Source of the DNA: an uncultured Nitrososphaerota archaeon
GTDB lineage: Archaea; Thermoproteota; Nitrososphaeria; Nitrososphaerales; CADDZS01
Assembly: GCA_963799845.1 (NCBI GenBank)
Contig: CAWCYI010000006.1
Span: 1,120,001-1,184,000 of the forward strand
Reading direction: 5' to 3'
DNA length: 64,000 bases
Part shown: positions 10,296 to 18,461 of the stretch, in pieces
Layout: every line of letters begins with the position of its first letter
How positions within the stretch are numbered: the stretch's first letter is position 1
The notes under the pieces: model-generated
What the model was told of the DNA's origin: nothing
Database searches by the model: none
The model's input: only the letters and a program-made list of their open reading frames with translations
Position numbers and translations under genes: made by a program

Positions 10296-11291
10296 ATTCG
10301 CCTTAGAAGCAGGTTCTCGAAAAAATACCTAATCGGTAGATTCGTATCCCTATTCATTGTGCTCCTCGCGGTACTCGTTCTGAATTTTCTCTTACCCCAT
10401 CTGCTGCCAGGGGACTTTGTCGAGACCTACGCTTCGATAATTTCCGGTGCTCATCACCTTCCTTACGCTAATGTCCTTGCTAGACTCGAGAAAGTTTTTG
10501 GGAAACCTGAGCCGCTCCCGATTGCATTTGCAAACTACATGAAGCAGGTTTTATTTTCTTTTCCGCCTAACTTCGGCCCATCGTTCCAGTACTACCCGCT
10601 GTCCGCTTGGACAATAGTTCTCTTCGCTCTCCCTTGGACGCTTTTATTGCTCGGCGTCTCTCAAGCAATTGCTTGGATTGCATCCATTTTCGTAGGTGTG
10701 TACCTTGCTCTACACAAAAACAAATTCATCGATCGAACCCTGCAGCCCGCACTCTACTTTCTGAACTCTATTCCGGGTTTCTGGCTCGCTCTTATGTTTA
10801 TTTTTATATTTGCTCTCGAGCTGAAGTGGCTTCCTCCGGGGCAGGCTTATTCAGTCCTTCCAACTCTTTACACCGTGCTTGTACACTTGATTCTTCCATT
10901 ATCTGTGATCATAATCATATCACTGCCGAGCCACGTATTGGTCATACGGAGTGCCGCAATTGATATCGTTGGCAGTGATTTTGTTGCCGCTACGAAGGCC
11001 CAGGGTCTTAGTAATAGGATGATCATAAATAGAGTGTTGAGGAATTCCCTCATTCCTTCGCTAACACAGATGTTCCTCTCCGTAGGCTATTTAATCGGGG
11101 GAATAATCACTATTGAGTACGCATTCTCATATCCCGGAATGGGGACGATTATCGCTCAATCAGTTGCAATTGAAGATTTTCCAGTGATGCAGGCGGCCTT
11201 CTACGTAATTACGATTGTAGTGCTCATCTCGAACCTCGCTGCCGACTTGGTATACCCACTGATCGACCCAAGGGTGTCGTATGCAGAATAA
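10296..11291 (+). CDS. ABC transporter permease (OppB/DppB-like)
   Basis: Typical permease with LLPGD, FSYPGMG and DPRV end. Frame is open back to 10284 and includes the typical KYLIGRFVSLFIV N-terminus, so the start is probably upstream of GTG 10359 (ATT 10296 is a guess). Confidence 0.85.
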   Translation: MRLRSRFSKKYLIGRFVSLFIVLLAVLVLNFLLPHLLPGDFVETYASIISGAHHLPYANVLARLEKVFGKPEPLPIAFANYMKQVLFSFPPNFGPSFQYYPLSAWTIVLFALPWTLLLLGVSQAIAWIASIFVGVYLALHKNKFIDRTLQPALYFLNSIPGFWLALMFIFIFALELKWLPPGQAYSVLPTLYTVLVHLILPLSVIIIISLPSHVLVIRSAAIDIVGSDFVAATKAQGLSNRMIINRVLRNSLIPSLTQMFLSVGYLIGGIITIEYAFSYPGMGTIIAQSVAIEDFPVMQAAFYVITIVVLISNLAADLVYPLIDPRVSYAE

Positions 11292-12185
11292 ATGACAGCG
11301 ACCCAGACAACCTCGCGCAGCTTTATCGGTCGGCTAAGATCCGGTAACGGATTTGCAAGCTTACTTTTCAAGTCAGTATTAAAGAGAAGAGATGTTAAAG
11401 TAGGACTAGGTATTCTCGGTTTTTTCGTCATTCTTGACTTTGTGAGCGTTGTCTACCTCCCGTACAATCCGTTAGCTCCAGTATCAGTCTCGATACACAA
11501 TCCAGCGCCTCCATCTTGGAAATTTCTGTTCGGAACGACAAATTTAGGCCAGGATGTGTTCAGCGAATGGATGTTTGGTACTCAGGCGACGCTTTTCGTA
11601 GGTTTTCTTGCTGCTCTAGTTACTGCTTTACTTGGCGTTACTACCGGGATAATTGCAGGATACATGAAGATGTGGGACGAACCGCTTATGAGGGCTGCGG
11701 ATGTGATACTTACACTGCCATCGCTTCCTCTGTTGATTGTCGCGGCGGCATTTTTGAAGCCAAGTGATTTTAATGTCGCGATTTTGATTGCCGTACTGGC
11801 TTGGGCTGGTATGTCCAGAACCTTAAGGTCCTCAGTCCTTTCCCTGAAGCGTCTGCCCTTTGTTGAAGTCGCGGAGTTGAGCAACGTCCCGGCGTGGAAA
11901 ATAATGTTTGTAGACATGCTAAAGCACACCTTGCCGCTTATACTCACCTATTCCCTCTTTGCAGTCGGTGGCGCGATTCTCACGGTCGCCTCTCTCGACT
12001 TCATTGGTGTAGGTCCCGTAACTGACTACAGTTGGGGTTCAATGATTTCATTATCAAACGACAACAACGCATTGCTCCAAGGGGCATGGTGGTGGCCGGT
12101 GCCGCCGGGCTTGAGCATCGCGATTTTGGTTACGTCCCTCGCTCTAATCGCATATGGACTCGAGTCCGCCTTCAAGAACATGTAG
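11292..12185 (+). CDS. ABC transporter permease (OppC/DppC-like)
   Basis: PPSWKFLFGTTNLGQDVF, EAA-like loop, WWWPVPPG. Confidence 0.9.
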   Translation: MTATQTTSRSFIGRLRSGNGFASLLFKSVLKRRDVKVGLGILGFFVILDFVSVVYLPYNPLAPVSVSIHNPAPPSWKFLFGTTNLGQDVFSEWMFGTQATLFVGFLAALVTALLGVTTGIIAGYMKMWDEPLMRAADVILTLPSLPLLIVAAAFLKPSDFNVAILIAVLAWAGMSRTLRSSVLSLKRLPFVEVAELSNVPAWKIMFVDMLKHTLPLILTYSLFAVGGAILTVASLDFIGVGPVTDYSWGSMISLSNDNNALLQGAWWWPVPPGLSIAILVTSLALIAYGLESAFKNM

Positions 12186-12202
12186 AAGGAAATCGAAGAA
12201 AG

Positions 12203-13168
12203 TTGGCGAGCAACCAAGCTTTGCAAACTGGCACTGCTCTAAGTATCAAAGATCTCAATGTATCCTATTTCATAGGGTCGAAAAATAATCTGATGGCATG
12301 CAGGGACGTCCAGTTTGACACGAAAGTTGGAGAGAGTGTGGGTCTCCTCGGCGAAAGCGGTGCGGGGAAAAGCACTGTTGCCTACGCGGTGATGGGACTG
12401 ATAGAGCCGCCAAACAAAGCGACAGGCGAAATAATCTATGGTGGAAAAAATGTTCTAACAATGTCTCAAGACGAGCTACGCAGCTTTAGGTGGAATGAGG
12501 TCGCAATGATATTCCAGGCCGCAATGAACTCGCTCGATCCGATTGTGACGGTAGGGAAAAACATGGACGAGCTTATCTTGGATAAGGGCGTCGTCCACAA
12601 TAAGCAGGAAGCAAGAGAGTTGTCCAAGAAGCTTTTGGCGACAGTTGATCTCTCGGAGGATGTCTACAAGATGTATCCATTCGAGCTTTCCGGTGGGATG
12701 AAGCAGAGAGTTATCATTTCGATGGCGCTCGTTACCAATCCAAAGATCCTCATTCTCGACGAACCAACTACTGCTCTGGACACGATAACTCAGTACTCTG
12801 TCCTGTCTACAATCAAGACTTTGAAAAACGAGGGACGAGTCGGAGGTCTGCTTTTGATCTCTCACGACATTTCGGTTCAGTCGTTCATGGTCGATCGAAT
12901 TCTAATAATGCTCAAGGGGCTGGTCGTTGAAGATGCGCCGATAAAGACTGTGATGGAGGACGCGAAACACCCTTACACGCAGGTCTTGACAGAGAAATTG
13001 AAGATCGACACGTCAAAAAGATCTGGTGCATCAAATGTATCTTCGACGAACGGATGCCCGTTTGCGAACTATTGCCCGTACGTGATGAGCCGCTGCCAAG
13101 AAGAAGTACCGAGATTAATCCAGATCGCTGACGGACACCGCGTCGCATGTTTTCTCTTTGGGGGTTAG
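12203..13168 (+). CDS. ABC transporter ATP-binding protein (OppD/DppD-like)
   Basis: Walker A GESGAGKS, LSGGMKQR, ILDEPTT, HPYT, C-terminal Cys cluster. Likely TTG start at 12203, after the permease stop. Confidence 0.9.
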   Translation: MASNQALQTGTALSIKDLNVSYFIGSKNNLMACRDVQFDTKVGESVGLLGESGAGKSTVAYAVMGLIEPPNKATGEIIYGGKNVLTMSQDELRSFRWNEVAMIFQAAMNSLDPIVTVGKNMDELILDKGVVHNKQEARELSKKLLATVDLSEDVYKMYPFELSGGMKQRVIISMALVTNPKILILDEPTTALDTITQYSVLSTIKTLKNEGRVGGLLLISHDISVQSFMVDRILIMLKGLVVEDAPIKTVMEDAKHPYTQVLTEKLKIDTSKRSGASNVSSTNGCPFANYCPYVMSRCQEEVPRLIQIADGHRVACFLFGG

Positions 13169-13172
13169 GGCA

Positions 13173-14159
13173 GTGCAAGAATCTGAACAATCCTTTGAAT
13201 TAAGGAAGACATCTTCTCCTGTGTTAGAATTCAAGAATGTCTGCCAGTACTTCAACGATAAAAATGGTGGGATTGTTACCGCAGCGGAAGATGTCAATCT
13301 CTCCATAATGTACGGGGAAGTAATGGCTTTGGTGGGTGAAAGCGGATCCGGAAAAACTACTCTCGGTAGGCTTTCAGTCGGCCTGGGAAAGCCGAGCAAG
13401 GGAGAGATACTGCTTAACGGAGAAAACGTCTCAAGTTACACGAAGCTGCAGCTGAGAGGAAAGGCTCAGTATATTCACCAAGATCCATACAGCGCGCTTG
13501 ACCCTTACCTTAGTGTTCGCGAAGTGTTGGAGAGACCCCTGATCCATGTTCGCAGAATAAAGGATCCCGCGAGGAGGGAGGATATAATGACAACAATTCT
13601 CGACGGCATGGGACTCGAAAGTTTCTACCTTTCCAAGAGCGTTCGCGAACTCAGCGGAGGTCAGAAGCAAAGGATTCTTGTAGCCAGGGCATTTGTGGTC
13701 GAACCGGAGTACGTGGTCGCTGACGAGCCGACTACCATGGTAGATTTCGTCAGGCGAAATGAAATCATTGCACTTCTAACGAACCTTAGACAGAAAATGG
13801 GTACCGCCGTGTTATTGATCACACATGATGTCTCTGTTGCCTCAAAGCTGTCGGATAGAGTGGCTGTGATGTACAAAGGTGAAATCGTCGAATCAGGAGT
13901 TACTTCCGAGGTCCTAAAGGATCCGTTGCACCCATACACACTGGCTCTCCTATCTGTTACTCCAGAGAAGCTCATGAAGCAAGAAGGACCGCTGCTTGCC
14001 GCGACAAGAAAAGGAAATGTCACAATTCCGTTGAAATTCGAGGGATGCAGATATTCTTTCGTTTGCCCTTTTGCTTTTGACCGCTGTCGGGCAGAACGAC
14101 CCAAACTCGTCGAAGTGAGTTCCGGACACAAAGTCGCCTGCTTCAAAGTTACGGGCTAG
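13173..14159 (+). CDS. ABC transporter ATP-binding protein (OppF/DppF-like)
   Basis: GESGSGKT, LSGGQKQR, ADEPT, HPYT, C-terminal Cys cluster ending HKVAC. Confidence 0.9.
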   Translation: MQESEQSFELRKTSSPVLEFKNVCQYFNDKNGGIVTAAEDVNLSIMYGEVMALVGESGSGKTTLGRLSVGLGKPSKGEILLNGENVSSYTKLQLRGKAQYIHQDPYSALDPYLSVREVLERPLIHVRRIKDPARREDIMTTILDGMGLESFYLSKSVRELSGGQKQRILVARAFVVEPEYVVADEPTTMVDFVRRNEIIALLTNLRQKMGTAVLLITHDVSVASKLSDRVAVMYKGEIVESGVTSEVLKDPLHPYTLALLSVTPEKLMKQEGPLLAATRKGNVTIPLKFEGCRYSFVCPFAFDRCRAERPKLVEVSSGHKVACFKVTG

Positions 14160-14192
14160 CCCGGCAGACATTATTAGCTCGCCATAAATCGA

Positions 14193-15335
14193 GTGTCCAC
14201 GAAAATGTCCGAAAATCAGATCAACGTCGCCGTTGTCGGCGCAGGGATGATTAGTATGATCTACCTGGCGAACCTTACGGGGTTCAAAGCAATCAAAGTA
14301 CGAGCGATCGCTGATATCATTCCTGAAAAGGCTCAGAAGATGGCACGGGACTTCAACATTGAGAAAGCCTGCTCCGTGGGCGAAGTTCTGGAGGATCCTT
14401 CGATTGAGATCATCGTGAATCTCACGGTTCCAAAGGCTCACGCCGAAGTTACGGTGAAGGGCATAGCTGCTGGAAAGCACGTCTACGGGGAAAAACCACT
14501 GGCGACTAATCGAGAAGATGGAAAGAAAATTCTTGAGGCAGCAAGGTCAAAGGCCGTCAGGGTCGGATCCGCCCCGGATACATTCCTCGGCGGAGGCTTT
14601 CAAACGGCAAGAAAGATTTTGGACGATGGTTGGATCGGAAAGCCAGTTGCTGCCGCTGCATTTAGGGCAGACCACGGACCAGATGAACACCCCAACGCGG
14701 CGTTCTTTTATCAAAAGGGTGGCGGGCCACTATTTGACATGGGTCCATATTATCTCACCGATCTGGTAAATTTACTTGGGCCTGCAAAGAAGGTAGTCGC
14801 ATTGATACAAGTGCCGTTTGCGGAGAGAACGGAACTGTCAAAAGCGCCCTGGGGCAGGACTGTAAAGGTCGAAGTGCCCACACTGGTGACGGGCGCGATC
14901 GAGTTTCAATCCGGCGTTTTATGCTCAACTGTGAACACATTTGACGTTTGGGCGACCCATCTTCCGCACATTGAAATTTACTGCACTAACGGCTCGCTTT
15001 CGGTTCCTAATCCTAACAGATTTGGAGGGAACGTCAAGATAAAGAAGCCTGATCAAGAGGAATGGACAGAGATCCCTCCGATGGGAGGATTCATGAACGA
15101 CATGGCGGACTACAGGGGCATCGGTACTCTGGATATGGCTCTCGCGATTCTCAACGGCAGAGAGCACCGTGCAAACCTGGAGCTCGCTTATCATGTCTTG
15201 GACATCATGCAGAGCTACTACGATTCCGCTCAAACTGAAAAGACTGTCTACGTCGAAAGCTCATGCAAGAAACCTGCCCCTCTTCCACTAGACCCGGTGA
15301 ATGGAGAAATCTCCCCAGCCACGGCGTACGATTGA
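14193..15335 (+). CDS. Gfo/Idh/MocA family oxidoreductase
   Basis: GAGMIS Rossmann motif, GKHVYGEKP, GSAPDTFLG, GGGPLFDMGPYY. Confidence 0.9.
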   Translation: MSTKMSENQINVAVVGAGMISMIYLANLTGFKAIKVRAIADIIPEKAQKMARDFNIEKACSVGEVLEDPSIEIIVNLTVPKAHAEVTVKGIAAGKHVYGEKPLATNREDGKKILEAARSKAVRVGSAPDTFLGGGFQTARKILDDGWIGKPVAAAAFRADHGPDEHPNAAFFYQKGGGPLFDMGPYYLTDLVNLLGPAKKVVALIQVPFAERTELSKAPWGRTVKVEVPTLVTGAIEFQSGVLCSTVNTFDVWATHLPHIEIYCTNGSLSVPNPNRFGGNVKIKKPDQEEWTEIPPMGGFMNDMADYRGIGTLDMALAILNGREHRANLELAYHVLDIMQSYYDSAQTEKTVYVESSCKKPAPLPLDPVNGEISPATAYD

Positions 15336-15358
15336 TGGTAGCTAGAGCGACTACGGAA

Positions 15359-16135
15359 CTACGATATTCCTAGCTTTTCCAAATAGTTCTTGCTCATTCT
15401 CAGGCTTTCAACCGTGTCTATGAGCGAGTCGTCTTGCTCGACGATGTACCACTCCACGCCGGAATATTTGCACGCATCAAGTATGTAGGGCATGTTCATG
15501 TTTCCTTCGCCGACCTCCATCGTCACTGGTTTTCCTTCCACTATTCCGAGGTCCTTGATATGAGTCAGCGGTACGCGGCCCTGAAACTTTCTTATCCATT
15601 CCGCAGGATCTCCTCCGCCATATTGCACCCAGCAGACATCGATTTCGGCGAGATAGTTTTTCCAGTTTGATTCGTTGAAGATAATCTCCATTGCAGTTTT
15701 TCCCCTGAATTTCTCGAATTCCTTTGAATGGTTGTGATAAGCGAATTTTATCCCATTGTTGTTTAGTTTCTTACCAAATGAGGCGAGCATGCTCGTCCCC
15801 GTCAGATATCCCTGTTCGTCCTTACAGAATCGATCTCTCGGGAGATTCGGGACCACTACGTATTCAAGTCCAATAGCTTTGATGTTCTCGATGGCGTCGT
15901 CGATCCCATACTCTAAACGCTCAAACTCTGTGTGCGCTGAAAAAGCCCTCATTCCCACCCGATTGAGAAGGTCCTTCAATTCTTCTACTTCGAATTGAAG
16001 AAGAAGGCCGTCTAGGTCTAGCTCGACTGCCGAGTAGCCTAGCTCGCGAATTTGTCTGAATGTTTTTTCAACGTTTTCGGGATTGTTTAGCTTATCACGT
16101 ACAGTATAGGAATTGAATGCCAGCTTCGTTGACAT
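15359..16135 (-). CDS. Sugar phosphate isomerase/epimerase (xylose-isomerase-like TIM barrel, IolE-like)
   Basis: YHNHSKEF, AEIDVCW, THIKD, IVEQD metal-binding motifs. Confidence 0.9.
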   Translation of the reverse strand: MSTKLAFNSYTVRDKLNNPENVEKTFRQIRELGYSAVELDLDGLLLQFEVEELKDLLNRVGMRAFSAHTEFERLEYGIDDAIENIKAIGLEYVVVPNLPRDRFCKDEQGYLTGTSMLASFGKKLNNNGIKFAYHNHSKEFEKFRGKTAMEIIFNESNWKNYLAEIDVCWVQYGGGDPAEWIRKFQGRVPLTHIKDLGIVEGKPVTMEVGEGNMNMPYILDACKYSGVEWYIVEQDDSLIDTVESLRMSKNYLEKLGIS

Positions 16136-16406
16136 GATGCTTTATTCTTGGTCGATTTTTTAGTTATCCATTTCTTAAGAGATGTGGTCATGATAGAAGA
16201 TTGCTGCTTCGACATGACTGATTATTCTTGCTTCAACACAGGCCTGCGAATTAGAATGATTCCACTAGAAGATTGAGCGGCAGTCCAATATTTTTCTAGG
16301 CCAAAAGATGAGTCAGTCGCGCTTGATTCCGACGATTGAATCTTAGAAAATGAAAAAGAAAACGCAACGAATTTCGGAATGCTGCCGAATGATTTGCGTA
16401 AGAAGC

Positions 16407-16413
16407 TTTTTAT
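16407..16413 (+). promoter_or_regulatory. Putative TATA box
   Basis: TTTTTAT about 25-30 bp upstream of ATG 16438, preceded by purine-rich AAGAAG. Confidence 0.35.
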
Positions 16414-16437
16414 TTCTGCTCCCTATTCGATGCACGC

Positions 16438-18441
16438 ATGCGGATTGGATCCAGCCTCGGGAAATCCACGAAACTCGTTATAGTTCTCCTCATGTTCGCT
16501 TTGCTAGCCCTTTCGTCGACAAGCCTTTCCTTCGGAGTAAAAGAGGTGCATGCTGCTTCAAGCGCATCCTCGACTGTACTATCCCTCGGCGAGGTAGACA
16601 CTCCTCCCATAGCCGCATTGAATCCTTTGAATCCCTCTTGTAATACTCACCTCTGCTCGCTCCTTTACGATTACGCGTACTCGATTAATTTTCCACCGTT
16701 AGCCTTCATCAGCCCGAGGATGGCCTCGGGATGGACGCAAAATGCGAATAACACAATATGGATCCTAAATCTGCGGCCGAACCTGAAGTGGAGCGATGGC
16801 AGTCCGTTGAATGCTACAGATTTGGCATTCACGTTAAACATTTACAACGAATCAGGTTACTACACGGCTCCGTATGTTAACGGTATTACGATCTTAAACT
16901 CAACAGCTGTTCAGGTGAATACTCAACCAGGCAATTTCATGCTCTATGATATTATTTTCAACGGATTTGAAATATTGCCAAAAGAGACGTTCGGGCAGTA
17001 TAACGGTACAACGGTATCCTCATTTCAAGACTTGACTAACATCGTATCCGATGGAGCTTTCTACTTAACAAACTACACCATTGGTGAAAATCCAGTAATA
17101 CTGAAGGCGAATCCCTACTACTGGCAGGGGACTCCAAAATACCAAACACTAGATTACTATCAGTATTCCTCAAATTCGGCTCTGCTGAGTGCACTGGAAG
17201 CTGGGCAAATTGGCATGGCTAGTTGCGGACCAGGGTCTTGCCTCACCATTCCGGGATTCTCAATCGTCAATCCTCCTCAAGCAATTCCGGGCCATACGCT
17301 TGGCATAGAGTTCAATGACTGGACGTATCCCTTCAATAATACGCTTGTGAGACAGGCGTTAGCCTATGCAACCAACATAACCCAGATTAACTACGCGGTG
17401 AATGGAGCATCCGCGCCGAATGCCTCTGAAAATCAAGACCTGCTTCTACCCGCGTATAATCAGGCAATCGGATATTCGAATGGCACAGGACCTGTGGGCT
17501 ATACTTACAACACGACGGAGGCTGAACAATTGTTTGTGCAGGCCGGATTCAAATACGCCGGTACAACTCTTGAATATCCCAACGGAACTGCTGTCGCCTT
17601 CACATTGCAATACGAGTCCATCAGACCCTGGCAGGCGAGTACTGCAACAATAGTATCAGCCCAGTGGGCCGATGTTGGTATCAGAGTACAGGACATTGCG
17701 GAGGAGCTTACAACGTTCAACAACTTGGCAACACAAGCCAATCCGGTTGGATGGCAGGTCGTTGTCGGTGAAGTAACTCCCGCCTATATGAATAACTGGG
17801 GAGTGACTCCCGGTCCCGGAATAACGCTAGAGCTTGGCACATATGAAGTTCCTGTTAACAATACCTTCACATTCTGGAACGCGACTTATGCACAGGTGTA
17901 TGCTAGATTACAGAATGATGTCGTAAATTCGTCGCAATACTATTCTGACGCTATGGAGTGCGCCTGGATCAACGCTCACGAGGTTCCCGTGATACCGCTT
18001 TACAATATCTTCGGAAACCTGATCATTTCGAACAACATCTATTGGGGCAGTGAATCCCAGTATACTGGAATCTATAACACGCAAGCTGAGACTAGCCCGG
18101 TGTTCTGGGATGAGACATTGTTCGAGGCCGCCCCGGTCAATTCCTCCTCAAGTTCGGTTGCAGTTTCGACAGTGACCGCGACGGTGAGCACGGTCTCGAC
18201 ACTTTCCTCAACGGTGCTCTCAACTGTCACCTCAGGAGGTTCTACAGTTGTGTCTACAGTAACTAGCGCGGTTCCAACTACCATAGTCTCTACCGCAGCT
18301 ACAACGACAACTTCATCTTCTTCCCCAACTCTATTGTACGCTGGAATCGGTGTTGTGATCATTATCATCGTAGCCGCCGCGGCGGCAATGATGATGAGAC
18401 GCAAACCGGAAGCCCAACAACCATCTGGGGGAAAATCCTGA
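16438..18441 (+). CDS. ABC transporter substrate-binding protein, family 5; paralogue of 4108..6162
   Basis: LRPNLKWSDGSPLNATDL; shares NGTGP.GYTYN and GVTPGPGI with 4108..6162; Ser/Thr linker and C-terminal TM. Confidence 0.9.
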   Translation: MRIGSSLGKSTKLVIVLLMFALLALSSTSLSFGVKEVHAASSASSTVLSLGEVDTPPIAALNPLNPSCNTHLCSLLYDYAYSINFPPLAFISPRMASGWTQNANNTIWILNLRPNLKWSDGSPLNATDLAFTLNIYNESGYYTAPYVNGITILNSTAVQVNTQPGNFMLYDIIFNGFEILPKETFGQYNGTTVSSFQDLTNIVSDGAFYLTNYTIGENPVILKANPYYWQGTPKYQTLDYYQYSSNSALLSALEAGQIGMASCGPGSCLTIPGFSIVNPPQAIPGHTLGIEFNDWTYPFNNTLVRQALAYATNITQINYAVNGASAPNASENQDLLLPAYNQAIGYSNGTGPVGYTYNTTEAEQLFVQAGFKYAGTTLEYPNGTAVAFTLQYESIRPWQASTATIVSAQWADVGIRVQDIAEELTTFNNLATQANPVGWQVVVGEVTPAYMNNWGVTPGPGITLELGTYEVPVNNTFTFWNATYAQVYARLQNDVVNSSQYYSDAMECAWINAHEVPVIPLYNIFGNLIISNNIYWGSESQYTGIYNTQAETSPVFWDETLFEAAPVNSSSSSVAVSTVTATVSTVSTLSSTVLSTVTSGGSTVVSTVTSAVPTTIVSTAATTTTSSSSPTLLYAGIGVVIIIIVAAAAAMMMRRKPEAQQPSGGKS

Positions 18442-18461
18442 GTTTTCCCTCAAACGACTTT

